64,000 nucleotides of DNA from Naegleria gruberi (lineage: Eukaryota), in NCBI GenBank assembly GCA_000004985.1, contig GG738910.1. One strand, written 5' to 3'. The first letter of the stretch is position 1. Each line of letters opens with the position of its first letter. The translations under genes were made by a program, and so were the position numbers. The notes under the pieces are model-generated. The model saw only the letters and a program-made list of their open reading frames with translations, ran no database searches and was not told the origin of the DNA. Shown one piece after another: positions 38,254 to 49,900 of the stretch.

Positions 38254-41200
38254 TTAAACAGACTTCATTTCAACTCCTTGTTTTGAGGAATTTGTAGTTT
38301 CTGGTTTCATTCTCTTAACAACACAATAACCAAAAATTCCCAATACAATAAAGGCAATAATGATAAAGCAAATAATCAAAAAAGCCCACAAAATCCAGAA
38401 TAACTCAGAGATTCCCTTTGGAGTTTCAGGATTAACTTGTTTTTCAATTGGAACAGATGATAAAATACCAACTCTAACATTTTCTGAACATTCACATTGG
38501 CCAGAATTAGAATTGAAGGAGAATTTACATGAAGAAGCATCAATGACTTGACCATTTGTAACTTGAATGCACGAATAAGTTGCCTTATCATTAAAAGTTT
38601 GTGTAAGTGGCAAGGAATGAGTTATTGGAGAGGAATAGTTTGTAATAGATGTTGAGAATTTAATTTCAGATAAATCAGAGACAATAGTATTAGTTGTACC
38701 TTCTTGTTGAGGAGTTACATATTGAGAAACATCCTTAATAATCATCCAAATGTAATTGACTGGCTTTCTGAGAGAGACACTTTGTAACCTTTGAGAAACA
38801 GTTGAAGGAAGAGTTAATGAAGTTTGACTTTCTGTCAAAACTTGTGAATCAAAAGTATTCTTAAATTGCTTGTTGAATTGATGAACTGCAAAATTAGGTT
38901 CAAACTTGAAAGATGATTGACCAACAAGAACCTTTCTTGAAAGTAATGAAACCACCATGTGACAACTTTCCATCAATTCTGAATAGTCATACGAAGGCAA
39001 AGTCTTTAAATAAGAATGCATGGAATTGAGGGACGAAAGCAACAACCTTTCAACACCAACTTCAAATTGGAATAATGGAGTGTTTTCAGCATCATTCAAG
39101 GTTGACTTGATAATATTCATACTCATGTTATAGACATTAGCAGAAACGTAACTCTTCAACATAGATTCAATACCGAACATAATGTTAGTAAAAAACCTTC
39201 CAGTTATCTTTTCTCCATTTTCATTCTTGACTTGTTGGGAAGAAAAGAAAGCAGTAGCCAAATCTTGAGTAATTTCATTCAAAATTTCATAATCTTCCTT
39301 TGTCATTCTACAGTCAAATGTTGTGTAATCAGCCTCACAAACACATTTTCCATTAACCAATGAACCATGTCCAGAACAATCTTTCTTTACACTTCTTGAT
39401 TTAGGGGCGAGAGAATCTGTCATTCTCTTGAGGACTCTTGAAATGATTGCAGAATTGAAAACAGATCTAGCATAATCACCAGTTGGTAATAATAAGGTGA
39501 TGGCGTTCCATTTTGTCATGTACTCCTTGATATCCTTTACCTTTGATACATATGGAGCTGTAATTTGAACTGATTTCTTGGAAAGAGTTGTTGCAGATGT
39601 TTCAGTATCAATAACCTTAACATACAGTTCAAGATTATTACCAGAATTTGGAGTTGGAAGTTTTTGGTACAATTCTTCATCCTTTGATAAGGTAATTAAA
39701 GCACCTGAGAAATCATCAATAAAACCATATTCGAAAGCATAAGTCTTCTTATCATTTTGACAATTTTCACAATTGAAAGTAAAGATTGTGGTCAAAGCAA
39801 TACCAGAAGTTGGACTAATGGCACAACTACATGCTTTTGGAGGTCTGTTAACAGAGAAGGAATAAGAATATGATGTCTTTTGATTATTTCTCTTATCCAA
39901 GATAGTTAATGAAATGGTATTAGAACTACCTTCATCCAAATATTGAGTATCCAAAATTAGAGAATTTGACAATGATGAACTGATACTCATTGGTGATGTT
40001 AATATAGCATCAATAGCCTTGTCATTCAATAACCATGTTCTTGAGATGAATTGATCTATATTTAAATCACCATTAATAGTGACAACCAATTGAATATTGA
40101 CATAATCTCCCTTATTAACCTTTGAAGAAGATACTTGAACAACGGAGATCAAAGGTGGCATGATTAAATGTTCTGCTTGTTGTGGAAAATTCAAATCAAC
40201 TGATGATTGAACAAATCTACTTCCCTTTCGAATAGTGAGGCTAATTCTAACATTTTCTGCTGAACCAAACATTGACTTTTCAATCTTGTATTGTTCAAGA
40301 AAACCTTGAGACAAGTAATTAACAACATCAACTGGACAAACAGTATTAGTAACAGTGTCCACACATGTCCAAGAATAAGTTGGTTGAACATTTTCAGATT
40401 CTGGATCAGTGAAATCAATTCCAATGGTACTGTATTGAGGAGTAGAATCTAAAACATACATGTTCATTGAGAGTGCTTGAGCTACAGTGTCGATAGTGAC
40501 AAGAGCTGTTGAAAATTTGTTAACATTAGAAGTATCGAAAGCAGAGACTTTGAAAACATATTGTCTTGTTTCAATGGTATTGAAATTGGTAATCTTTAAA
40601 TTCTTGAATGAATCAACTGTGAATTCTACTTGAGGACCACTGATTTGTGTCCATGTGTAATCAATATTTGCAGCAGATTCCATGCATATTGGAATGGACA
40701 GCTTCTTCTTGAATGAAATTGGAACGTCACTAGTCTTGACAGTAACTGAACTACTTTTATATAAGCCATCAATGGAAACAACTGGAACAGCATAGGTAAG
40801 TTTGGTGAAACTGAATTGAATCTTATCAACCAATGAATAAACTTGACTAGTTACAGCCAATTCAAATTGATGAACACCAGCATTCATACCAGAATAGCTA
40901 ATATTCAATTTACTTGGGGAAGCAAGAGTAGAATCCAATAACTTTTGAAGTTCTACCTTATTTGGTGATGACAATACAGTCCATTTGAAATTCAATGTCT
41001 TTCTATCAGGGGAATAACTTTCAGAAGCATCAATTAAAACATCTTCACAACTTCCATAAGTGTCCTTAGCTCCAGATATTGTGGCAATCGGACTCTTTGG
41101 TGATAAAGCACCTTGGACAGTAAATGCCAAATATTGAGCATTGACATTATTTGATTCAAAGTATAAATTATTCAAAGAGATACTATCACCTGCCTTCAAT

Positions 41201-43920
41201 TTGTAGTCCGTGTTAAGTTCAATTGAGAATTCAAACGTTTCCTTGTTAGACCAGTAACATTTTGGATTAGTTCCAAGAAGATCAATACTCTTCAACAACT
41301 TGTTACAATCAAGAATCATACTATTAGTATATAAAGAAGAATAAGATGCAGGTGCAATAACCTTAAATGTCAAACCAGTCAAATCATCCATAAAAAGAAC
41401 TGGTCCAATAATCTTTGTTGAACACAATTCACCATAAACTCCATCTGCACAGGTAGAACAAGATTCACCCTTCCAGAAACCTTTCTTGTTATCTGCATAA
41501 CAAGTACATTGTTCAAGCTCATTACAATAACCATTTCCACTACAAGTAGTTGAGGCATTACATTTAACCAAACTATTACACATAGCTCCTAAATAAGGAG
41601 AAACACATGCTGAACAATCTGCACCAGTCCAATAACCTTTGCCAGCTATGTTATCACAGACACAAATATTCAAATCTGTACATTGACCATGTCCAGAACA
41701 AACAGATGAAGCATTGGAAGAAATGCCACCACAAGTGAATTGAGCACAATGACTTCCGTAATATCCAGATTGACAAGAACAATGATCGAAAAAATCACAT
41801 CTACCTTTTCCATAACATGCTGACGCATTTGTTGAGGCAGTTCCATAACAATCAAATTGACTACAATCATATCCAGTAGTATCCATCTAAACAGGAGCAA
41901 TTATTTGGGGAGATGCAACCACCATGTCCATAACATGCTGAACCACTTGTTGAGGCAGTTCCATAACAATCAAATTGACTACAATCATTCCCGTAGTATC
42001 CATCTAAACAAGAACAATTATTTGGTGAGATGCAACCACCATGTCCAGAACATGCTGATGCATTTGTGGAGGCAGTTTCGTAACAATCAAATTGACTACA
42101 ATCATTTCCGTAGTATCCATCTAAACAAGAACAATTATTTGGTGAGATGCAACCACCATGTCCAGAACATGCTGATGCATTTGTGGAGGCAGTTTCGTAA
42201 CAATCAAATTCACTACAATCATTTCCATAATATCCAGCTAAGCATGAACAGTTATTTGGTGAGACACAACGACCATAACTAGAACAAACTGAACCACTTG
42301 TTGAGGCAGCTCCAAAACAATCAAACTCAGCACAGTCATTTCCGTAATGTTCGTTAGAGCATGAGCAATTATTTGGTGAGATGCAATCACCATGTCCAAA
42401 ACAAACTGAACCACTTGTTGAGGCAGTTCCAAAACAATCAAACTCAGCACATTCATTTCCATAGTATCCAGAGGTGCATGAACAATTATTTGGTGCAATA
42501 CAATAGCCATTTCCAGAGCAAGCTGATGAATTACTTGGTGAAATATCAAAACATTTGAAAGAACTGCAATCTGATCCACTATATCCAGCTAAGCATGAGC
42601 AGTTATTTGGTGAGAGACAGGTTCCATGAACAGAACATGCTGATGCACTTTTTGAGGCAGTTCCAAAACAATCAAATTGGCTACAATCATTTCCATAGTA
42701 ATCGTTTGAGCATGAGCAATTATTTGGTGAGAGACATATTCCTTGAGAAGAACAAACTGATGAAGAAGTAAATAATGTACCAAAACATTCGTATTCACTA
42801 CAATTACTACCATAGTATCCATAGGTGCATGAACAATTATTTGGAGCAATGCAACTACCATGACCAGAACAAACTGATGCATTACCTGGAGCAATGTCAT
42901 AACATTTGAATAAACTACAATCAGCACCACTGTATCCAGATAAACAGGAGCAATTGTTTGGAGCAACACAACTTCCATGTCCTGAGCAAACGTTGTGGTC
43001 AGTATTCAAAATATCACTACAATTAAAAAGTTGACAATCTGCACCAAAGTAATTTGTTTCACATTTACAAGTATCTATGGCTGTACATGTTCCGTGGCCT
43101 GAGCAAACAGTTGAGTTGTCACCTGAAATTCCATTACATGTTGGATATTGACAAGTGTTTGGAGCAACACATGTGGTATATTGAGGACATGCTTTTGGAT
43201 GTGTGGCCACAATACCATTACACTTTGGAGTTTGACAATTTGAACCACCCCAAAGTACACCATAATCTGTCAAGCTGCCAGGAGGAAAAAAAGTATCCTT
43301 TCCAAACCCATGGAAAGGAAAAGTTAAACAAGCACCTTTAGTATTGTTAGCGAAATAATCAGACACTTGAAGTACTAACCTTCTAAAGAATAAAGAACCA
43401 TGTTCCCATCAACTTGGAGAACAAATTTGAAAGGTGGAGACTGACTAGCACACTCACCAGTTTTCATGGCTTCCCTGTGTTGATTCAAATCTGCCTTTTC
43501 CGTGTTACCGTCGTACAATTTAAGAGAACCAGTTTGTGTTAACACTAACTTATAACCATCAGTTGCTGGGCCGAAAGTAGAACTATACCGAGTCATTGTT
43601 CTGAGACCTATCTGAATGAGACTACCATCATCGTTCAAGATTAAAGTCAACTTTCCATCAGCAGATGTTAATGCTTTAGTTGCATAGAGAATTGGTGATT
43701 GTTCAGTGAGGCCTGTTTTTTCTGAAAGATCAACACAGAGGCAGCTGTTTTCACCATAGCAAATATTCCCTCCACAAGTCGAATTGTCTGTTCCAGGAAT
43801 TCCATTACAAGTATATGAAGTAACCTCACTGATTATGAAAAGCAAAAGGATTACCAACACCGACACGAACAGTTTCATGTTGTGGATTTTTTTTAAAGTC
43901 GAATTTTCAAATTGAATCAA
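38254..43920 (-). CDS. Large (about 1,870 aa) secreted type I membrane protein. Domain order: signal peptide, bulb-type (GNA-like, beta-prism II) lectin domain, about 19 tenascin-type EGF repeats, laminin-type EGF, PKD/REJ-like region, CxC-ISP module, GPS-like motif, TM, tail ending in KSV. It has one intron and one apparent +1 frameshift
   Basis: Exon 1 is 43920..43380 (MKLFVSVLVILLLFIISEV signal peptide). The lectin signatures are GKLTLILNDDGSLIQ, YKLVLTQTGSLKLYD and FKFVLQVDGNMVLYS (QxDxNxVxY type). A 44-nt intron at 43379..43336 (GTTAGT...AAAG, phase 1) joins ...LYSLE-G-ACLTFPFHGFGKD in frame. The EGF array is then continuous to 41867. At about 41884-41890 (tactacTggatatgattgt) one extra base breaks the repeat consensus ...CSCLDGYYG(N/Y)DCSQFDC..., and the downstream 1210-aa ORF (41886..38254) continues the same array in the other frame. 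Further landmarks are the ACSCAISPTSGIALTTIFTFNCENCQN motif, GQCECSENVRVGIL juxtamembrane, and TM at about 38330-38400. Confidence 0.72.
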
Positions 43921-44394
43921 AACACTGCTTAACTTTGTCCAAAGTTTTTCCTTATTGAAAGAGAAGGTCCTATTCCAATCAAGGAAGAATTAATAATACT
44001 ACATTTAAGGACTGCATCATTTCGCACATTCTGCTTGCGTATATCCCCCAATTTGTTGTTAATAAGGGTTTATTATAATTCAAGTTCTGATCCGCTGCTT
44101 TTATTAGTAACGTAGAGCTAAATGAAGACCTTAAGTAAAGAACTACAAATCGTCCACTCTATAGAAAACTATTTTTCAGTGCAGATTTGTAGCGCACCAG
44201 CTGATGTGATATGCCTTAAACAACGACCTTATGGACGAGCTTGTCAGCCCTAGTTCAGTATACTAGTACCTCTGTTTGGAAAGGTTTTTGCTAACACCAC
44301 AAATTAGCAGCCTATCAAACTTTACCGTGGCTGTGCTGAGCCAACGTTAAATATTTTTTAAATTTATTGCCAAGAAATCGATTGAGTTTGTCGA

Positions 44395-45890
44395 CTGTGC
44401 AAATAACTTAGAAAAATATTTCAAAAATATTGGATCAACATCAGCTGTTGATTCTTGGAGTGATTTCACATCTATTAACTCCAAGAATTTCACCACATCA
44501 TCTCATCATGATTTAAATAATAGTATTAATAGTAATTTTTGGAATTTAATTCTTCATCATGATTTGGAAATAATTTTATTATTTGGATAAATTCAAGTTG
44601 GTACATGATCATCGGAACAACTACCAACCATCATCATTGTTATTTATCATCATTATAATAGTAATGTTTGTGGAAATAAATCTGATAATAGTAATATTTT
44701 AGTGAAATTTAATATGTTCACTAAAATCAGCATCACTGCCAGATTCACATGATAATTTGGAAAACTTTTAATCTAGTATTGTTCAGAATGGTCAATTTCA
44801 TCAGGTAAAATCACTTCCGAACATTTTCCTATTGGTTATTATGATGTCAAAATGTAAATGGACTATATCTCAACATGTACTTCACCAACTTGGAAAATGT
44901 CTTTTAGTACTACTATTTAAATACATAATAAACAATATATTTATTATCAGTTTTTCATCATTTTTTGTTTTTGTCAACTTCGGAATATCTGTGGAAATGT
45001 TTTTCCCGTATTTTTGCAATGCTCCTTACAAAAAAGGAAATATTAAATTTAATACTTAGTGAAATAAAAATATTATTTATTATTCTTGTTCTAATTGATG
45101 TTTTCTACAATATTCTGTTTTATTGAATATCAGTTATTTGTATTAACCAAGAAAACATGCTCGTCTTACTACCACATATGAAAATTTTGAAATCACTTTT
45201 CTCGATAAGTAAAGAGCCAAATCCGTAACAAACTTGATATTATGATTGTTAACATAATTAATAATGACCATACGGTATGTTTCTCTAACATCCAGTGTTG
45301 TTATTGAGATATGCTTTGTTGAAGTTGAGTGAATTTGCTTAAGTAAATTACTTGGCGCATCCAATTACCCCTACAGGTAAATCAGCTTTGGGAGCATTCC
45401 ATGTTTTTTGGGAGCATCACAAAAATGCGCCACAGATATTCATGATAACAAATCATGATTCATGCCAAAAGTACAAAGTCAATCATCTTGAAACATTAAT
45501 AAACTTTTATTAGTACTATTGTAGATGTACCGTGCCAATTATTTCGTCTTGTTTCGTTGAAATCATGAAGATTTTGATATTTCTGCTTTTAATTAAATTT
45601 CACATCACCTACACCATATTTGATGATGTAAACTAGTCTAGTTGCATCTAAATAATCCATTGTTGCTTCTCTAATCATGCTTTATTGTTATTCAGTGTAT
45701 TCAGGATTTAGAAATCTTGCGAATTATCCTGAGGTTATTCTTCATATAAATATGATTCCTCATATCATGATATGAGGAGGTATTGATATCATGATTGTTT
45801 GGAAGTGTTGTACAAATTTTGGACATTTTCTGAATCGAAATCAGGTAGAAAGAGTCAAATCTTTAACACCATATAAAATATAACTGTTTT
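44395..45890 (+). repeat. Dispersed repeat family R, A-type; copy interrupted by a nested insertion (44989..45435). It lies about 470 bp upstream of the 5' end of the minus-strand 38254..43920 gene
   Basis: Collinear with 53690..54745 and 56213..57285 except for the 447-bp insertion. It contains a perfect 20-bp palindrome cctcatatcatgatatgagg at 45758..45777. Confidence 0.75.
44989..45435. mobile_element. MITE-like non-autonomous insertion nested in repeat copy R (A-type), with imperfect terminal inverted repeats and a 4-bp ATAT target-site duplication
   Basis: The uninterrupted copies read ggaatattcatgataac. Here the sequence reads ggaATAT[ctgtggaaatgtttttcccgtatttttgcaatgctcc ... gggagcatcacaaaaatgcgccacag]ATATtcatgataac. 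The termini CTGTGG...CCACAG are inverted, with an internal matching atttttgYRatgctcc. There is no coding capacity, and the element is about 447 bp. Confidence 0.45.
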
Positions 45891-45931
45891 TAATTGAAGT
45901 AAGCTAAATGATAGAGATTGTTGCCCGACAA

Positions 45932-46507
45932 CATGATGAAAATCTGATAATAAATATGATGTTTATTATCTATTTAAATAGTAGTACTAAAAGACATGAT
46001 TCAAGTTGGTGAAGTACATGTTGAGTTATGGTCCATGTACTTTTTCAAAATTCACATGTACCTATCCCTATCATAACTTGACCAAAATTGATAAGAGAAA
46101 GTTCTCCTACCTACTATTGACCATTCCGAACAATACTATATTGACAGTTTTCCAACTTGTTCAGTAGATCCAGCAGTGATGATGAATTTAGTGAAAATTT
46201 TGACATTTCACCAAAATTTAGTACTAACAATTAACTAAAAATTAATTTCCACAAATACTATTATTATATTGATGGCAAATAACATTGATGATGATTGGTG
46301 AATGATCCGATGATGATGTACCAACTTGTGATTTTCCATCATGAAAAATAAATTCCAATTTCATGATGATAATCCACCAATAAAAATTACTATTATTACT
46401 ACTATATAGATCATGTTGAGATGATGATGTGAAAGTTTGGTTGTTTCATGATGTAAAACCACTCCGAAAATCATCAATGTTAAATATTTTTTAAACTTGG
46501 TTTTTGT
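45932..46507 (-). repeat. Dispersed repeat family R, B-type; inverted relative to the adjacent A-type copy at 44395..45890, and about 450 bp upstream of the 46962 gene
   Basis: Near-identical to 37611..38183. Confidence 0.75.
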
Positions 46508-46961
46508 TGGGACCCACTTTTAGAGCTGAGAGAACTCTTTTGAGGCTTGGAGTAACACTGCAGAGATACGACCTGAATTACACACAAATCAAACAGAACT
46601 TTATCACTATTAAAATAACACCATTCTTTTGAAGTTGATTATAAACAAATAAATCTACAATACTCAATTAGTCATCCTATTTTCTTTTTAAAAATACGGA
46701 CAGTGCAAATTGAGGTTTTTTTAGGACCGTAGTATCATATTACAAATAAGCACCTTATTAATATTATGCATATGTAAGGATTTATTTTGGTTGAAGATTT
46801 AACATAACATTTCTTGAACTCTCAAAAGTGCTTTTTAGGCAAAATTAGGGGAATGTCATTGTGCGAACACATCAGAGAAGACGCACAATTAAGCAGTGCT
46901 TTAGATACAGGTAGTATACTAAAGTTATAGGTAGAAGCAAGGTATTGTTACTCACTCAAAG

Positions 46962-49900
46962 ATGAACCTTAAAAAAATGAAAACATTTCTTGTTTGCTGC
47001 TTGATTTTAATAATCATTTGCACTGTCTCATCNNNNNNNNNNNNNNNNNNNNNNNNNNNNNNNNNNNNNNNNNNNNNNNNNNNNNNNNNNNNNNNNNNNN
47101 NNNNNNNNNNNNNNNNNNNNNNNNNNNNNNNNNNNNNNNNNNNNNNNNNNNNNNNNNNNNNNNNNNNNNNNNNNNNNNNNNNNNNNNNNNNNNNNNNNNN
47201 NNNNNNNNNNNNNNNNNNNNNNNNNNNNNNNNNNNNNNNNNNNNNNNNNNNNNNNNNNNNNNNNNNNNNNNNNNNNNNNNNNNNNNNNNNNNNNNNNNNN
47301 NNNNNNNNNNNNNNNNNNNNNNNNNNNNNNNNNNNNNNNNNNNNNNNNNNNNNNNNNNNNNNNNNNNNNNNNNNNNNNNNNNNNNNNNNNNNNNNNNNNN
47401 NNNNNNNNNNNNNNNNNNNNNNNNNNNNNNNNNNNNNNNNNNNNNNNNNNNNNNNNNNNNNNNNNNNNNNNNNNNNNNNNNNNNNNNNNNNNNNNNNNNN
47501 NNNNNNNNNNNNNNNNNNNNNNNNNNNNNNNNNNNNNNNNNNNNNNNNNNNNNNNNNNNNNNNNNNNNNNNNNNNNNNNNNNNNNNNNNNNNNNNNNNNN
47601 NNNNNNNNNNNNNNNNNNNNNNNNNNNNNNNNNNNNNNNNNNNNNNNNNNNNNNNNNNNNNNNNNNNNNNNNNNNNNNNNNNNNNNNNNNNNNNNNNNNN
47701 NNNNNNNNNNNNNNNNNNNNNNNNNNNNNNNNNNNNNNNNNNNNNNNNNNNNNNNNNNNNNNNNNNNNNNNNNNNNNNNNNNNNNNNNNNNNNNNNNNNN
47801 NNNNNNNNNNNNNNNNNNNNNNNNNNNNNNNNNNNNNNNNNNNNNNNNNNNNNNNNNNNNNNNNNNNNNNNNNNNNNNNNNNNNNNNNNNNNNNNNNNNN
47901 NNNNNNNNNNNNNNNNNNNNNNNNNNNNNNNNNNNNNNNNNNNNNNNNNNNNNNNNNNNNNNNNNNNNNNNNNNNNNNNNNNNNNNNNNNNNNNNNNNNN
48001 NNNNNNNNNNNNNNNNNNNNNNNNNNNNNNNNNNNNNNNNNNNNNNNNNNNNNNNNNNNNNNNNNNNNNNNNNNNNNNNNNNNNNNNNNNNNNNNNNNNN
48101 NNNNNNNNNNNNNNNNNNNNNNNNNNNNNNNNNNNNNNNNNNNNNNNNNNNNNNNNNNNNNNNNNNNNNNNNNNNNNNNNNNNNNNNNNNNNNNNNNNNN
48201 NNNNNNNNNNNNNNNNNNNNNNNNNNNNNNNNNNNNNNNNNNNNNNNNNNNNNNNNNNNNNNNNNNNNNNNNNNNNNNNNNNNNTAACTCTAAGTACAAT
48301 GGTGATTATCAATATGCAACAAATGCCAATTTGAATTATCCATTGGGTGTTTTGATTACACCTAATGGAGAAATGATCATTTCAGAAACATACGGTAACA
48401 GGATTCGCAGAGTATTAACAAATGGAACTATCATTCCACTGGCAGGGAGTGGAAGTTCAAATGATTGTGCAGGTATTACAGCATCTAACACTCCATTGGT
48501 AAGTCCAAAAGGAACTTATTTTAGTGCGAATGGAGATATTTATGTAGCTGAAACTCAAGGTCATAGGATTAGTAGAATTTCAAAGAATGGAATGATTGAC
48601 TCTATTGCTGGTACAGGTAAATTTGGTTTTAATGGAGATAATTTATTTGCTACAGATACACAATTATCAAATCCTTTTGCAGTTGCCTTTGATCTAGAAA
48701 CCCAATTGATTGTCTCAGATTCTGGTAATCATGTCATTCGTAAAATTCTTAGAAATGGAACAATGGTCATTATTGCTGGAACTGGACAATCAGGATATAA
48801 TGGAGATGGAATTGATGCTAAGATTGCAAAATTAAATAATCCATCAGGTATTGTTGTGGATTCTAAAACTGGTGAGCTTTTTATTGCTGACACTGCTAAT
48901 AATAGAATTAGAAAGATTTTAACAAACGGTACTATAATAACTATTGCTGGAACAGGTGAAACAGGATATAATGGAGATGGAATTGATGCAACAAGCGCTC
49001 AAATAAGAGGCGTGTATGGTATTGCCCTTGATGTTAATTCTGAGCTCTACATTGCTGATGCTAATAATTATAGGATTAGAAAGATTTTATCAAATGGAAC
49101 AATTATAACTATTGCTGGAAATGGAGGCTATGGTTTCATTGATAATGTTCTTGCAACAAATGCCAAACTTGCTTTCGTTAATGGAATTGCTGTAGATACG
49201 AACGGTGAAGTTTATATTACTGAGTCTGAGAATGGATTTTCAAATCATCGAATTCGTAAAATATTGACAAATGGAACCATTATAACATTTTCAGGAACTG
49301 GTTCAAGAGGTTATTATGGTGATAATGTGGAAGCAGCTGATGCCAAATTCTATACTCCTTATTTCGTTTCTGTTCGCCAAACAACAGGTGAGGTGCTTAT
49401 TTCAGATACTGGAAATAATTTCTTGAGATTGGTTTCAACAACTCGTCTATGCAATGGAACTCTAGCAAGTGATCCTATGGTTTGTAGTGGGCACGGAATA
49501 TGTTATTTAACAGATGTTTGCACTTGTAACCCTGGCTATATTGGTTCATTATGTGATGTTGTGGCATGTAATGGTTTCAATTCGAGTGATCCTAGAGCTT
49601 GTAATGGACATGGTATTTGTGAAGGACCAAACATTTGTAATTGCACTACAGGTTATGTTGGTTCATTTTGTGATGTTTCTTTGTGTTATGGTTTCAATTC
49701 GAGTGATTCAAGAGTTTGTAATGGACATGGTATTTGTGAAGGACCAGATATTTGTAATTGCAGCACAGGTTATATTGGCCCACTATGTGATGATGTGGCA
49801 TGTGATGGTTTCAATTCAAGTGATTCAAGAGCTTGTAATGGACATGGTATCTGTGAAGGACCAAACATTTGTAATTGCAGCACAGGTTATATTGGTTCAT

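Noticed and set aside
43366-43379. A 14-nt GT...AG 'intron' joining the lectin exon to the EGF ORF
   Set aside because: It is far below the 39-54 nt range of all other introns here. A 44-nt intron (43379..43336) with the same donor gives an in-frame junction (…LYSLE-G-ACLTFPFHG…) and is preferred.
44030-44390. Relatively GC-richer unique segment between the lectin-headed gene and the R element, considered as a possible snRNA/ncRNA
   Set aside because: No recognisable snRNA/tRNA/5S motifs were found by eye (no box A/B spacing, no Sm-site context). It is more likely the promoter/5' region of the minus-strand gene.
46994-48334. Long ORFs on both strands spanning the N-gaps (46994..48334 +, 47014..48312 -, 47028..48299 -, 50482..51162 -, 50528..51169 -, 50589..51191 -, 49937..51184 +)
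   Set aside because: They consist almost entirely of X translated from N. They are artefacts of the gap and not evidence of coding.
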